Source: Elusimicrobia bacterium HGW-Elusimicrobia-3
GTDB taxonomy: Bacteria; Elusimicrobiota; Elusimicrobia; Elusimicrobiales; UBA9959
NCBI GenBank assembly: GCA_002840355.1
Contig: PHAL01000014.1
Location: 8,518-72,517 of the forward strand
Reading direction: 5' to 3'
Length of the DNA stretch: 64,000 bases
The notes below the pieces were generated by a model. It had not been told where the DNA came from, did no database searches, and was given only the letters and a program-made list of their open reading frames with translations. Below, piece after piece: positions 1-9,436 of this stretch (position 1 is the stretch's first letter; every line of letters begins with the position of its first letter). The position numbers and the translations under genes are program-made.

Positions 1-2
1 AC

Positions 3-914
3 CAGTTCGGCCTGCCGCTGTCCCTGCTGGAACTGGGGCCGGAGCATAAGTTCGGCGTGTTCGAGCTGGGCGCCTCGCGCCGCGGCGACATCGCCGAGAT
101 AGGGGAAGTGGCCCGCCCCACCTGCGGCATCATCACCAATATCGGCCCGTCGCACCTGGAGTACTTCGGCGACCTGGAGACCATCTACGAGACCAAGACC
201 GAACTGGCCGCCTGCCTGGCTCCCGGCGGCACGCTGGTCTACAATTACGACGACCGTTACCTCTCCCGCCTCAATGGCCGCGAATTCAAGAAGATGACCT
301 TCGGCCGCGACCCCGGGGCCGATCTGCGCGTGCTCGAAGGCGACACGCTGCGCCTCGAAGACGGCGGGGACATACACCAGGTGCGCCTGCCACACGCCGG
401 CGGCCACAACTACCTCAACGCCGCCGCGGCCGCCGCCGCCGCGCTCTCGTCCGGCCTGGATTTCTCCGCCATAACCAAGGGCCTGGAAAGTTATACGCCG
501 CCGCCCATGCGGCTGCAGGAGCTCAGGATCAACGGCGCCACGGTGATCCTCGACGCCTACAATTCCAACCCGCAGTCGGCGGCCTCGGCCATCAAGCAGG
601 CCGCCGCCATGGAGCGGCCGCTCTACATCCTGATGGGGGACATGAAGGAACTGGGCAGGCACTCCGCGCATTACCACGCGGACCTGGGCGCGGCCCTGGC
701 CCATACCGGCGCGGAGCGCATCTTCCTGGCCGGCCCGGAAATGCAGCCCGCCGTGGACGCCTATCAAAACGCAGGCGGCAAAGCGCTGGTCTACGCCGAG
801 ACCCTCGACGGCTGGCTCGAGGAGGCCCGCGGCTTGATCAAGGCCGGCCGGGGCACCTTCCTTATAAAGGCGTCGCGCTCGATGAAGTTCGAAAGGATAG
901 TCGAAGGGCTGTAG
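3..914 (+). CDS. murF: UDP-N-acetylmuramoyl-tripeptide--D-alanyl-D-alanine ligase (MurF), C-terminal part; the 5' end lies outside the window
   Basis: The frame is open from nt 3. The translation (..FGLPLSLLELGPEHKFGVFELGASRRGDIAEI..ILDAYNSNPQS..FLIKASRSMKFERIV) looks like the Mur-ligase central and C-terminal domains. It lies at the head of the mraY-murD-ftsW-murG cluster. Confidence 0.85.
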   Translation, partial: QFGLPLSLLELGPEHKFGVFELGASRRGDIAEIGEVARPTCGIITNIGPSHLEYFGDLETIYETKTELAACLAPGGTLVYNYDDRYLSRLNGREFKKMTFGRDPGADLRVLEGDTLRLEDGGDIHQVRLPHAGGHNYLNAAAAAAAALSSGLDFSAITKGLESYTPPPMRLQELRINGATVILDAYNSNPQSAASAIKQAAAMERPLYILMGDMKELGRHSAHYHADLGAALAHTGAERIFLAGPEMQPAVDAYQNAGGKALVYAETLDGWLEEARGLIKAGRGTFLIKASRSMKFERIVEGL

Positions 915-936
915 GCCGCCAGCGGCCCAAAGAAAA

Positions 937-964
937 ACCGCCGGGACCTCCCGGCGGTTTTTTT
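937..964. terminator. Bidirectional rho-independent terminator between murF (+) and the C11 peptidase gene (-)
   Basis: Stem ACCGCCGGGA/TCCCGGCGGT with a 2-nt centre, an A-run on the 5' side and a T-run on the 3' side (aaaaaccgccgggacctcccggcggttttttt). Confidence 0.85.
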
Positions 965-979
965 GCGCCCGCGCTTTGC

Positions 980-2365
980 CTACTTCTTGGACTCCATCAC
1001 CGCCTTCACCATCTCGTCCCACCGGGTGGCCAGGGAGAAGTTCAGGTATTCGTACCTGGGCTTGTAGTTCATATAGAAGAGGGGGAAATAGACCGACAGC
1101 CCGTTGGCGTTCTTGGACTTGTAGCCGAGCGCGTCGTTGCGCAGCACGACGCGCTGCGCCAGCACGTTGATGACCTCAAGGGCCGCCGCCTTCACCGCCG
1201 GCGTACCGGTATTGTCGTAGTAGAGCTGCATCAGCTGGTAGAGGTCGCGCGCGTCCTCGTCGTCGAAGGAGCGCAGCCCCCATTTCTTCTCGTGGTAGAG
1301 CTTCATATCCGCGGGGGAAGCCAGCACCAGGCCGGCGAACCTGTCCATCGCCGCCGCGAGCTCCGCCGCCGCCGCCGGCCGCACGATGGACATCGTCACA
1401 GACATCTTCTGCGTGCCGTAATAGAATTCGGAGAAACCCTTCATGATGGCCTGCGCCGCGGTGAACGGATCGGCGGGATTCGCGGCCAGCGCGTTGAGAA
1501 AGACCTCGTAATTGTAGCCGCTGCCCGGCGTGGTCTCCTGCGAACCCACCACGTATTCGGCCGAGCCGCGCAGTTCGTAGACGACCTCCGCTGTCTGCAT
1601 CAGGCAGGCGTCCGAGGCGTACACGTTCACGCCGCCGCCGGCCTTGATGGCCAGCGCCAGTTCCTCGGGCGAGATATGGTGGCCGGAGGGCTCGTCGTAG
1701 GAGATGCCCTTGGCCGCGCCGGGAGGAGGCTTCACGCCGCGCCAGCCGCTGCCGTGGCCGCCCACTATCAGCAGGTATTTTTTGGCCGGGTAGTTGGCCT
1801 TTCCCCAGGCTATGAACTCGGCCAGGTGCTTCCAGTCTCCCATGTCCGCGTCCGGGAAATGCGCCAGCACCGGGGAATTGATGCGCAGCGGGTCGCCGTC
1901 CTTTACCATCAGGAAACGGCGAGAGCCGGTCCAGTCCGCCTGCGGGGGGACGGGCTCCTGCACGCTGGAGAAAGGATTGAAGACCGGCTTTGTGACGATG
2001 CGCCCCATCTCGGCCACCACGTTGACGCGCGAGGTGGAGCCGGCGGCTTCCATCTCGTTGACGTCCTTGATAGCCTCGAGGCCCAGATTGTTGCGCGCGC
2101 TCACGTAGACCAGCACGGTCCACTCTTTAGGGGCGGGGCGGCCGGGACTGGCCGCGGCGGGCACCGGCGCCTCGGGCAGGCCCGACGCGCCGAGGCTCTG
2201 CAGGTCGAAAGCGGCGGCGGGGCGGCCAATGAAAAGCGAAAGCAGCAGCAGGGAGAAAGCGGTAATATATTTCACGTCTATATTATATCGGGGCGGACGC
2301 CCGGCCCGCATGAGCAGAAAGGACCAGGCCCCACTGGGTCTTTGGGGAAGCACAGGGGGGAACAT
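980..2365 (-). CDS. Clostripain-family (peptidase C11-like) secreted cysteine protease
   Basis: A hydrophobic signal-like segment (KYITAFSLLLLSLFIGRPAAA) is followed by WTVLVYVSARNNL. A His/Cys dyad context (LLIVGGHGSGW ... VYASDACLMQTAEV) is typical of C11. The ATG at 2365 has GAGAGG 5 nt upstream. Alternative starts are the ATG at 2311 and the GTG at 2275. Confidence 0.7.
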   Translation of the reverse strand: MFPPVLPQRPSGAWSFLLMRAGRPPRYNIDVKYITAFSLLLLSLFIGRPAAAFDLQSLGASGLPEAPVPAAASPGRPAPKEWTVLVYVSARNNLGLEAIKDVNEMEAAGSTSRVNVVAEMGRIVTKPVFNPFSSVQEPVPPQADWTGSRRFLMVKDGDPLRINSPVLAHFPDADMGDWKHLAEFIAWGKANYPAKKYLLIVGGHGSGWRGVKPPPGAAKGISYDEPSGHHISPEELALAIKAGGGVNVYASDACLMQTAEVVYELRGSAEYVVGSQETTPGSGYNYEVFLNALAANPADPFTAAQAIMKGFSEFYYGTQKMSVTMSIVRPAAAAELAAAMDRFAGLVLASPADMKLYHEKKWGLRSFDDEDARDLYQLMQLYYDNTGTPAVKAAALEVINVLAQRVVLRNDALGYKSKNANGLSVYFPLFYMNYKPRYEYLNFSLATRWDEMVKAVMESKK

Positions 2366-2432
2366 ACAAGCCTCTCAAAAAATATTAAAATATAGATATC
2401 AATAGAAGCGGCCCGATTTTTCAGAGGAGACC

Positions 2433-3518
2433 ATGCTCTACTACGCGCACTTGTTAAAAGATTTCTTCAGCCCCCTGAACGTACTGCAGTACATCACCTT
2501 CCGCGCCGGCGGCGCGCTGATAACCTCTTTCCTGCTGAGCCTCCTGCTCGGCCCGTGGCTGATCGCCAAGCTGCGCACCTACAAGATAGGCCAGGTGCAG
2601 CGCACCGACGGCCCCCAGACCCACCTGGCCAAGCACGGCACCACCACGATGGGCGGCCTGCTGATCTTCCTGACGCTGGTAGTCTCCACCGCGCTGTGGG
2701 CCCGCATGGACAACCGCTTCATCCTGCTGCTCCTCTTCGTGACCGTCGTGCTGGCCTTCGCCGGCTGGATGGACGACTACACCAAGCTCGTCAGGAAGAA
2801 TCCCGCGGGCGCGTCGTCCCGGTTCAAATTCTCGCTGCAGTTCCTGGCCGCCATCGGCGTGGTGGGCTACCTCGCGGTGGACCCGCCCAACGCCCAGTTC
2901 GCCAATTCGCTGTTCGTGCCCTACACCAAGGGCCTGATGCTGGAACTGGGCTTCCTGTACGCCGCCCTGGCCATGCTGGTGATCATCGGCTCCTCCAACG
3001 CGGTCAACCTCACCGACGGCCTCGACGGCCTGGCGGCCGGCACCATAGTCTTCACCGCGCTCACCTTCGTGATCATCGCCTACGCGGCCGGCAACGTTAA
3101 ATGGGCCTCCTACCTCAAGCTGATCTACGTGGAGGGCGCCGGCGAGATCTCGGTGTTCCTGTCCGCGCTGATAGGCTCCTGCCTGGGCTTCCTGTGGTAC
3201 AACGCGCACCCGGCCGAGGTCTTCATGGGCGACACCAGCTCGCTCTTCCTCGGCGGGGCCATCGGCACCGCGGCGATAGCCACCAAGCAGGAGCTGCTGC
3301 TGCCGGTGGCGGGCGGCATCTTCCTGGTGGAGACGCTGTCGGTGATCCTGCAGATGGGCTCCTTCAAGCTGCGCAACAAGAAGCGGCTCTTCCTGATGGC
3401 GCCCATACACCACCATTTCGAGCTCAAGGGGATAGCCGAGTCCAAGGTCACCGTGCGGTTCTGGATAGTCGGCATCATGCTGATGCTCATAGCCCTGAGC
3501 TCGCTGAAGATACGCTGA
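2433..3518 (+). CDS. mraY: Phospho-N-acetylmuramoyl-pentapeptide transferase
   Basis: 361-aa polytopic membrane protein with MraY hallmarks (NAVNLTDGLDGLA, PAEVFMGDTSSLFLGG, APIHHHFE). GAGGAG RBS. dcw synteny. Confidence 0.95.
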   Translation: MLYYAHLLKDFFSPLNVLQYITFRAGGALITSFLLSLLLGPWLIAKLRTYKIGQVQRTDGPQTHLAKHGTTTMGGLLIFLTLVVSTALWARMDNRFILLLLFVTVVLAFAGWMDDYTKLVRKNPAGASSRFKFSLQFLAAIGVVGYLAVDPPNAQFANSLFVPYTKGLMLELGFLYAALAMLVIIGSSNAVNLTDGLDGLAAGTIVFTALTFVIIAYAAGNVKWASYLKLIYVEGAGEISVFLSALIGSCLGFLWYNAHPAEVFMGDTSSLFLGGAIGTAAIATKQELLLPVAGGIFLVETLSVILQMGSFKLRNKKRLFLMAPIHHHFELKGIAESKVTVRFWIVGIMLMLIALSSLKIR

Positions 3519-4885
3519 TGTTCATACCGGAAAGATTCAAGGACGGGCGGGCGCTGGTGATCGGCGCCGGCAAATCGGGGGTCGCCTGCGCCAACCTGCT
3601 GGCGGGCCGCGGCTTCGCCGTGCTGCTCTCCGACGAGAAGAAAGCCGCTGAGCTCAAGGGCCGGCTCAAGGGCCTCTCGCGCCGCGTCAAGGTGGAGGCC
3701 GGCGGGCACAGCCCGGCGGCCTATGCCTGCGCCTTCGCGGTGAAAAGCCCCGGCCTGACCCACGCCAGCCCGCTGATCCGTGCGCTCAAGAAGAAAAAGA
3801 TCCCCATTTTCAGCGAGATAGAGATAGCGCTGGCCTTCTCGCGGGCCGGCCGCCTGCTGGCCGTGACCGGCACCAACGGCAAGACCACCACCGCGACGCT
3901 GCTCGGCGCTATCATGAACGCCGCGCTGCGGCCCAAAGCCCGCGCCGTGGTCTGCGGCAACGTCGGCATACCGGCCTCCGCGGCCGCCCCGGCGGCCCGC
4001 CCCGGCGACGCGGTAGTGATGGAACTCTCGAGCTACCAGCTCGAGGACAGTTCCTGCATCAGCCCCGACGCCGCGTGCGTGCTCAATATCACGCCGGACC
4101 ACCTGGACCACCACGGCGGCATGGCCGCCTACGTGGCCGCCAAGGAAAAAGTGTTCAGCTCGCAGGCCGCTGGCGCCTGCTGCGTCTTCAATTACGAGGA
4201 CAAGTACTGCAGGCAGCTGGCGCGGCGCTGCCCGTCGAAGCCTCTCTTCTTCTCGTCGGCCCGCTCGGGGGGCAAGCTCAACGCCTGGGCGGCTGAAGGC
4301 AGGCTTTTCTTCAAGGCCGCCGGCCGCGAGTTCTCGGCAAGGCCGCCGGCCCTGCCCGGCGCGCACAACCTCGAGAACGCCATGTGCGCCGGCCTGATGG
4401 CGCTGCATTGCGGCGCCGGCCCCGCCGCCCTACGCCGGGCTTTCGCCGCTTTCAAGGGCGTGGAGCACCGCATAGAGCCCGTCCGGACGGTGCGCGGCAT
4501 CTCCTTCGTCAACGATTCGAAGGGCACCAACGTGGACTCCACCGTGGTCGCCCTCAAAGCGCTGGGCGGCCGGCGCAATGTCTGGCTGATACTCGGCGGC
4601 CTGGGCAAGGGCCTGCCCTACGCCCCGCTGCTGCCGCTCATAAAGAAGAGCGTCAAAGGCGTGCTGACCATAGGCGCCGACGCCCCCGTGATAGAGGCGC
4701 AGCTGGCTGGCGCCGCGCCGGTAATTACCGCGCTCACCATGGAAACGGCCTGCCGCGAGATCCTGCAGCTGGGCGAGCGGGGGGACATAGCCCTGTTCTC
4801 GCCGGCCTGCGCCTCCTTCGACCAGTTCAAGGACTTCGAAGACCGGGGCCGCAAGTTCAAGGCCTTCGTGGGGACGCTTAAATAA
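3518..4885 (+). CDS. murD: UDP-N-acetylmuramoylalanine--D-glutamate ligase
   Basis: The true start is the ATG at 3518, which overlaps the mraY stop (cTGATG). The track ORF from 3101 is an in-frame upstream extension. Motifs VIGAGKSG and AVTGTNGKTTT. Positioned between mraY and ftsW. Confidence 0.9.
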   Translation: MFIPERFKDGRALVIGAGKSGVACANLLAGRGFAVLLSDEKKAAELKGRLKGLSRRVKVEAGGHSPAAYACAFAVKSPGLTHASPLIRALKKKKIPIFSEIEIALAFSRAGRLLAVTGTNGKTTTATLLGAIMNAALRPKARAVVCGNVGIPASAAAPAARPGDAVVMELSSYQLEDSSCISPDAACVLNITPDHLDHHGGMAAYVAAKEKVFSSQAAGACCVFNYEDKYCRQLARRCPSKPLFFSSARSGGKLNAWAAEGRLFFKAAGREFSARPPALPGAHNLENAMCAGLMALHCGAGPAALRRAFAAFKGVEHRIEPVRTVRGISFVNDSKGTNVDSTVVALKALGGRRNVWLILGGLGKGLPYAPLLPLIKKSVKGVLTIGADAPVIEAQLAGAAPVITALTMETACREILQLGERGDIALFSPACASFDQFKDFEDRGRKFKAFVGTLK

Positions 4886-6030
4886 TGGACTTCTCCTCGA
4901 GACGGAAAAAACCGGCCTATAACATCATCCATAACCGCAGCCTGAAGTACATGGACTACCCGGTGTTCTTCATAGTGGCCATGCTGCTGATGCTGGGGCT
5001 GGTCTCGCTGTTCTCGGCCAGCGCGCTCTACGCCGCCAACAAAGGGCTCGACACGCTGTTCTACACGCAGAAGCAGGCCCTCTATATCCTGCTGGGCTTC
5101 GCCCTGATGATGGCCGCCGCCAAAGTGAACCTGGAGCGCATACGGCCCTATATCAAGCCGGCCGTGATCGTCACGCTGGTCCTGCTGGTCGTAACGCTGC
5201 TGATGCCGCCGGTGGCGCATGTCCGCCGCTGGATACCGCTGGGCTTCATGAAGCTGCAGGTCAGCGAATTCGCCAAGATCGTCCTGGTGCTCTACCTGGC
5301 CGATTTCTTCGACCGCAGCGCCAGCCGCCTCAACACGGACCTCAAACAGATGGCCAAACCGGTGGGCGTGGTAGTACTGACGCTGGGCCTGATAGCCGCC
5401 CAGCCGGACCTGGGCACGCCGGCGCTCCTGTTCGCCGTGGCCTGCATGATGTTCTTCGCGGCCGGCCTGAAGCTGCGCTACCTGCTGATGCCCATCGGCG
5501 CCGGCCTGCTGATACTGGTGGAGGAGCTCATCCGCAAGCCGTACCGCCTGGCCCGCCTCAAGAATTTCCTCTCGCCGTGGGACGACGCCTCCGGCACCGG
5601 CTACCAGCTGGTGCAGGCGCTGCTGGCCGTGGGCTCCGGCGGCTGGTTCGGCAAAGGCCTGGGCGCCTCCAAGCTCAAGCTGATGTACCTGCCCGAGCCG
5701 CACACCGACTTCATCTTCCCCGTCGTGGCCGAGGAGCTCGGCCTCGTGGGAGGCCTGTTCATCACCGCGCTTTTCGCCGCGCTGCTGGTCAAGGGCGCGC
5801 GCATAGCCCGCAACGCGCCCAGCCTCTACACCTCCGCCGCCGCGCTCGGCCTGACGCTCGTGATAACGCTGCAGGCCTTCTTCAACCTGGCCATGGCCAT
5901 CGGCCTGGTGCCGACCAAGGGCATACCGCTGCCGTTCTTCTCCTACGGCGGCTCTTCCATATGGGCTTCGATGATAATGGTGGGACTGATACTCAACATC
6001 TCGGCGCACAGGAGCGGGTCGCGATGGTAA
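4885..6030 (+). CDS. ftsW: SEDS-family peptidoglycan glycosyltransferase (FtsW)
   Basis: Membrane protein of about 10 TM segments with SEDS motifs (QPDLGT, LPEPHTDFIF, PLPFFSYGGSS). The start overlaps the murD stop (TAATG). dcw position. Confidence 0.85.
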   Translation: MDFSSRRKKPAYNIIHNRSLKYMDYPVFFIVAMLLMLGLVSLFSASALYAANKGLDTLFYTQKQALYILLGFALMMAAAKVNLERIRPYIKPAVIVTLVLLVVTLLMPPVAHVRRWIPLGFMKLQVSEFAKIVLVLYLADFFDRSASRLNTDLKQMAKPVGVVVLTLGLIAAQPDLGTPALLFAVACMMFFAAGLKLRYLLMPIGAGLLILVEELIRKPYRLARLKNFLSPWDDASGTGYQLVQALLAVGSGGWFGKGLGASKLKLMYLPEPHTDFIFPVVAEELGLVGGLFITALFAALLVKGARIARNAPSLYTSAAALGLTLVITLQAFFNLAMAIGLVPTKGIPLPFFSYGGSSIWASMIMVGLILNISAHRSGSRW

Positions 6031-7133
6031 CCGCCCGGCGCGTCCTGATAGCCTCCGGCGGCACCGGCGGCCATTTCTACCCCGGCTTCGCGCTGGCGGG
6101 GGAACTGCGCCGCCGCGGCTGGCAGACTCTCTTCGTCGTCAAGAAGGAAGACATCGCCCGGCCCGCGCTGGAGGCCGCCGACTTCCCCTACGCCGAGCTG
6201 GATATGACCGCGCTGCCGCGCTCGCTCAACCCGCTCGCCCACGCCGCTTTCCTGATAAAGTTTTTCGGCTCCCTGGCCCTGGCCCGCAGGATGATAGCCG
6301 ACTTCAGGCCCGACGCCGTGGTGGGCACGGGCAGCTACGTGGCTTTCCCTGCCGCCCTGGCGGCGCGCCTGGCGGGTATCCCCGTTTACATACACGAATC
6401 CAACGCCAGGTTCGGCCTGGGCAACAGGCTGGCAGGGCTGTTCTGCGACCGCGCCGCGCTGGGCCTGCCGGTGGCGGACAACCCGCTGGCCGCCAGGTCG
6501 GCGCTGGCCGGCACCCCCATACGCGAGGCCTTCCGCGCCGCCGCCGACAAGGCGGAGGCCCGCGCGGCCCTCGGCCTGGAGAAGGGGAAATTCACGGTAC
6601 TCGTTTTCGGCGGCAGCCAGGGCGCCCGGCGGCTGAACGCCGCTTTCATCGCGGCCGCCAAAGCGCTGAAGGGCGACATCCAGGCCGTGCACGTGACCGG
6701 CCGCAAGAATTTCGAGGCGGTGCAGGTCGGCTACGCCGAGGCCGGCCTCGACGGCGCGCCCGGGCTGAAGGTCTTCGACTACCGCGAGGATATGCCGGTC
6801 CTGTACGCGGCGGCGGACCTGGTAATCTCCCGCTCGGGCGCCAGCACGGTGGCCGAGCTGGCGCACCTGCGCAAGCCCTCTATTTTAGTGCCGCTGCCCT
6901 CTTCGGCCGGCGACCACCAGCGCCACAACGCGCTGGCGCTGGCCGGGCCGGGCGCGGCGATGTGCCTGCAGGAAGGGCCGGACTTCGACGCGGAGCTCGC
7001 GGCCGCGGTGCGCAATCTCACGGGGGAACCCGCCCGCCTGGCCGCGATGGCGGAGGCGTTCGCGAAGGCCGGCATCCCCGACGGGCTGGGCGCGGCGGCC
7101 GCGCTGGCCGACATCATAGAGAAGGGACGCTAA
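6024..7133 (+). CDS. murG: UDP-N-acetylglucosamine--N-acetylmuramyl-(pentapeptide) pyrophosphoryl-undecaprenol GlcNAc transferase
   Basis: Starts MVTARRVLIASGGTGGHFYPG (the G-loop of MurG). Also SRSGASTVAEL and HQRHNA. The ATG at 6024 overlaps the ftsW end. The track ORF from 5577 is an upstream extension. Confidence 0.9.
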   Translation: MVTARRVLIASGGTGGHFYPGFALAGELRRRGWQTLFVVKKEDIARPALEAADFPYAELDMTALPRSLNPLAHAAFLIKFFGSLALARRMIADFRPDAVVGTGSYVAFPAALAARLAGIPVYIHESNARFGLGNRLAGLFCDRAALGLPVADNPLAARSALAGTPIREAFRAAADKAEARAALGLEKGKFTVLVFGGSQGARRLNAAFIAAAKALKGDIQAVHVTGRKNFEAVQVGYAEAGLDGAPGLKVFDYREDMPVLYAAADLVISRSGASTVAELAHLRKPSILVPLPSSAGDHQRHNALALAGPGAAMCLQEGPDFDAELAAAVRNLTGEPARLAAMAEAFAKAGIPDGLGAAAALADIIEKGR

Positions 7134-7152
7134 AGATCTTACGGAGGATAAT

Positions 7153-8268
7153 ATGGAAATAGAAAAAGGCTCGAAGTGGGTTAAGTTCGACGTGATGGAG
7201 CGCTTCATGCGCGACGTGTTCAAGGGCATAGGCGTGCCCGCCGCGGACGCCGCGGTCTGCGCCGACGTGCTGATAACGGCCGACAAGCTGGGTATCGACT
7301 CGCACGGCGTTTCCCGGCTCAAGCCGATCTACTACGACCGGATCAAGCAGGGCATACAGCTGCCCAAGGCCAAGTTCGAGATCGTCAAGGAAACGCCCAC
7401 CACCGCCGTGATAGACGGCCACAACGGCATGGGCCACGTGATCGCCGTGCGCGCGATGGAACTGGCGATGAAGAAGGCGAAGAAATTCGGCCTCGGCATG
7501 ACGGCCGTGCGCAATTCCACTCATTACGGCATAGCCGGCTACCACACGCTGCTGGCCGCCAAGGCCGGCATGATAGGCATCACCGGCACCAACGCCCGCC
7601 CTTCGGTGGCCCCGACGTTCGGCGTCGAGAACATGATGGGCACCAACCCGCTCACGTTCACGCTGCCTACCGACGAGAAGTTCCCGTTCTTCCTCGACTG
7701 CGCCACCTCCATAACCCAGCGCGGCAAGATAGAGGTCTACGCCAAGCTGGGCAAGGCCATGCCCAAGGGCTGGGTGATAGACGCCGCCGGCGGGTCCAAG
7801 ACCGATTCGCGCGCCGTGCTGAACGACCTGATCAAGGGCACGGCCGCGCTGACGCCGCTGGGCGGCGTGGGCGAGGACCTGGGCGGCTACAAAGGCTACG
7901 GCTACTGCGCCGTCGTCGAGATCCTCTCGGCCGCGCTGCAGGACGGCGCATACATGAAGCAGCTGCTCGGCTACGACAAGAAGGGCAACAAGGTGCCGTA
8001 CCCGCTGGGCCATTTCTTCCTGGCCATCGACATAGAGCACTTCGTGCCGCTGCGCTCGTTCAAGCGCACGGCCGGGAACATACTGCGCGAGCTGCGGGCC
8101 TCCAAGAAGATGCCCGGCGCCAAGCGCATTTACACCGCCGGGGAAAAGGAATATCTCACCTGGCAGTACCGCAAGCACCGCGGCGTGCCGCTCAACAAGG
8201 AAACCCAGCAGGAAGTGCTGGCGATGCAGAAGGAACTGGGCCTGAAAGGCTACAAGTTCAACTTCTAA
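7153..8268 (+). CDS. Ldh_2-family (malate/L-lactate/sulfolactate-type) NAD(P)H-dependent oxidoreductase
   Basis: N-terminal LITADKLGIDSHGVSRL, then NSTHYGIAGYH and TNP..FTLP, characteristic of the Ldh_2 family. It begins 20 nt after murG. Confidence 0.7.
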   Translation: MEIEKGSKWVKFDVMERFMRDVFKGIGVPAADAAVCADVLITADKLGIDSHGVSRLKPIYYDRIKQGIQLPKAKFEIVKETPTTAVIDGHNGMGHVIAVRAMELAMKKAKKFGLGMTAVRNSTHYGIAGYHTLLAAKAGMIGITGTNARPSVAPTFGVENMMGTNPLTFTLPTDEKFPFFLDCATSITQRGKIEVYAKLGKAMPKGWVIDAAGGSKTDSRAVLNDLIKGTAALTPLGGVGEDLGGYKGYGYCAVVEILSAALQDGAYMKQLLGYDKKGNKVPYPLGHFFLAIDIEHFVPLRSFKRTAGNILRELRASKKMPGAKRIYTAGEKEYLTWQYRKHRGVPLNKETQQEVLAMQKELGLKGYKFNF

Positions 8269-8284
8269 GCGCAGGCAGGGAACG

Positions 8285-8323
8285 GAAGGCGGCGGAGGGA
8301 AACCTCCCCGCCTTCTGTTGCTT
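8285..8323 (+). terminator. Probable terminator after the Ldh_2 gene
   Basis: Hairpin GAAGGCGG-c-GGAGG gaaa CCTCC CCGCCTTC followed by a T-rich tgttgcttt. Confidence 0.45.
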
Positions 8324-8353
8324 TCCAGCGCCCCGCGTTGCTATCATTCCTTT

Positions 8354-9307
8354 ATGTTCGGAGAAGACGCCAGGGCCAAGACCTCACTCTACCTCGCCAT
8401 TTTCCTGCTGTTCATGGCCTATGGCGGCAGGTTTACGGGCATAGAGCCTTTCCACAACCAGTTCTTCACGGCTATCTCCTGGACCTACCTGCTGATAGCC
8501 GACCTCCTGCTCTTCCGCCTGGCCGGGCGCTCGCCGCTGCTCTCGGCCCCGCTGGAATTCCTGCTGCTGGCCGCCTGCTCCGCGGGCCTGGCCGTCATAG
8601 CGGAACTGCTGAACCTGCGCCTGGAAGCCTGGACATATATCAACCAGTCCTCCGACCTGTCCTTGCGCTGGACCGGCAGGCTGCTGGCCTGGGCCGCGGT
8701 ATTGCCGTCCATCTTTATCACGGCCGACCTGCTGTCCCTGTTCAATTTCCTGCGCAGTCTCAAAACCCGGCCTTTCCAGGCGGGCCCCCGGGCACAGCCG
8801 GCCATGCTGGCGGCCGGCGCTGCGCTGCTGTTGGCCGCCCTGATAGCGCCGCGGCAGGCCTGGCCGCTGGCCGTGCCGGCTTTCTTCCTGCTCACCGAGC
8901 CCCTCAACATGCGCCTGGGCCTGCCCTCAGTACTGCGCGAGGTGGCGGGGGGTCTGCCGGCCAGGGCGATACGCCTGGCCGCCGCCGGCCTGATAGCCGG
9001 CCTGCTCTGGAATTTCTGGAACCAGGCCTCGGGCGCGGCCTGGCAGTACAACCTGCCCCCCTGGCTGCGTTCACCCGCCCACTATCTCGGCTATCCGCTG
9101 CTGGCCCTGGCCGCCTATTCCGCCTATTGCCTCGCCTCCTGGCTGCGCGCCGGCCAGACCTGGGAGGGCCACGCCTGGAACATGCCCGGCAGGCAGCCGG
9201 GGCCCTATGCCGGCTGGGCTGCCGCCGCTATACTTATCATTTCCTCATATATAGCCCTGCGGGCCGTGGACGCCCACACCGTCAGGCTTTACCTCGGCTG
9301 GATATAG
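8354..9307 (+). CDS. Polytopic membrane protein of unknown function
   Basis: Multiple hydrophobic segments and no recognisable motif. The ATG at 8354 is preferred over the TTG at 8318 used by the track. Confidence 0.5.
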   Translation: MFGEDARAKTSLYLAIFLLFMAYGGRFTGIEPFHNQFFTAISWTYLLIADLLLFRLAGRSPLLSAPLEFLLLAACSAGLAVIAELLNLRLEAWTYINQSSDLSLRWTGRLLAWAAVLPSIFITADLLSLFNFLRSLKTRPFQAGPRAQPAMLAAGAALLLAALIAPRQAWPLAVPAFFLLTEPLNMRLGLPSVLREVAGGLPARAIRLAAAGLIAGLLWNFWNQASGAAWQYNLPPWLRSPAHYLGYPLLALAAYSAYCLASWLRAGQTWEGHAWNMPGRQPGPYAGWAAAAILIISSYIALRAVDAHTVRLYLGWI

Positions 9308-9373
9308 CACCGGACCCCAAAGACCTAATTCCTCCTGGGCCCTACGGGCCCCGCCAGCTAGGCCTTGCGACCT

Positions 9374-9402
9374 TTGACTTTCGTCAACCCGCGGGGTATA
9401 AC
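9374..9402 (+). promoter_or_regulatory. Sigma-70-type promoter for the protease gene
   Basis: TTGACT (9374-9379), a 17-nt spacer, then TATAAC (9397-9402), about 35 nt upstream of the GGAGG RBS and the ATG at 9437. Confidence 0.6.
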
Positions 9403-9436
9403 ATAGCAGAAGCGAATGCTCGGTTTTGGAGGAGTT

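Noticed and set aside
3101-3517. Upstream in-frame extensions in the ORF track: 3101 for murD, 5577 for murG, 16371 for tcdA, 28644 for the YHS protein, 34050 for aspS, 30275 for the HMA protein, 30970 for the OM barrel, 31385 for the fur-like gene, 53765 for UDG, and 57444 for ppdK.
   Set aside because: The extensions overlap the preceding gene or a regulatory region and translate to Arg/Pro/Gly-rich junk. Internal ATG or GTG codons with Shine-Dalgarno sequences coincide with the conserved N-termini of the families.
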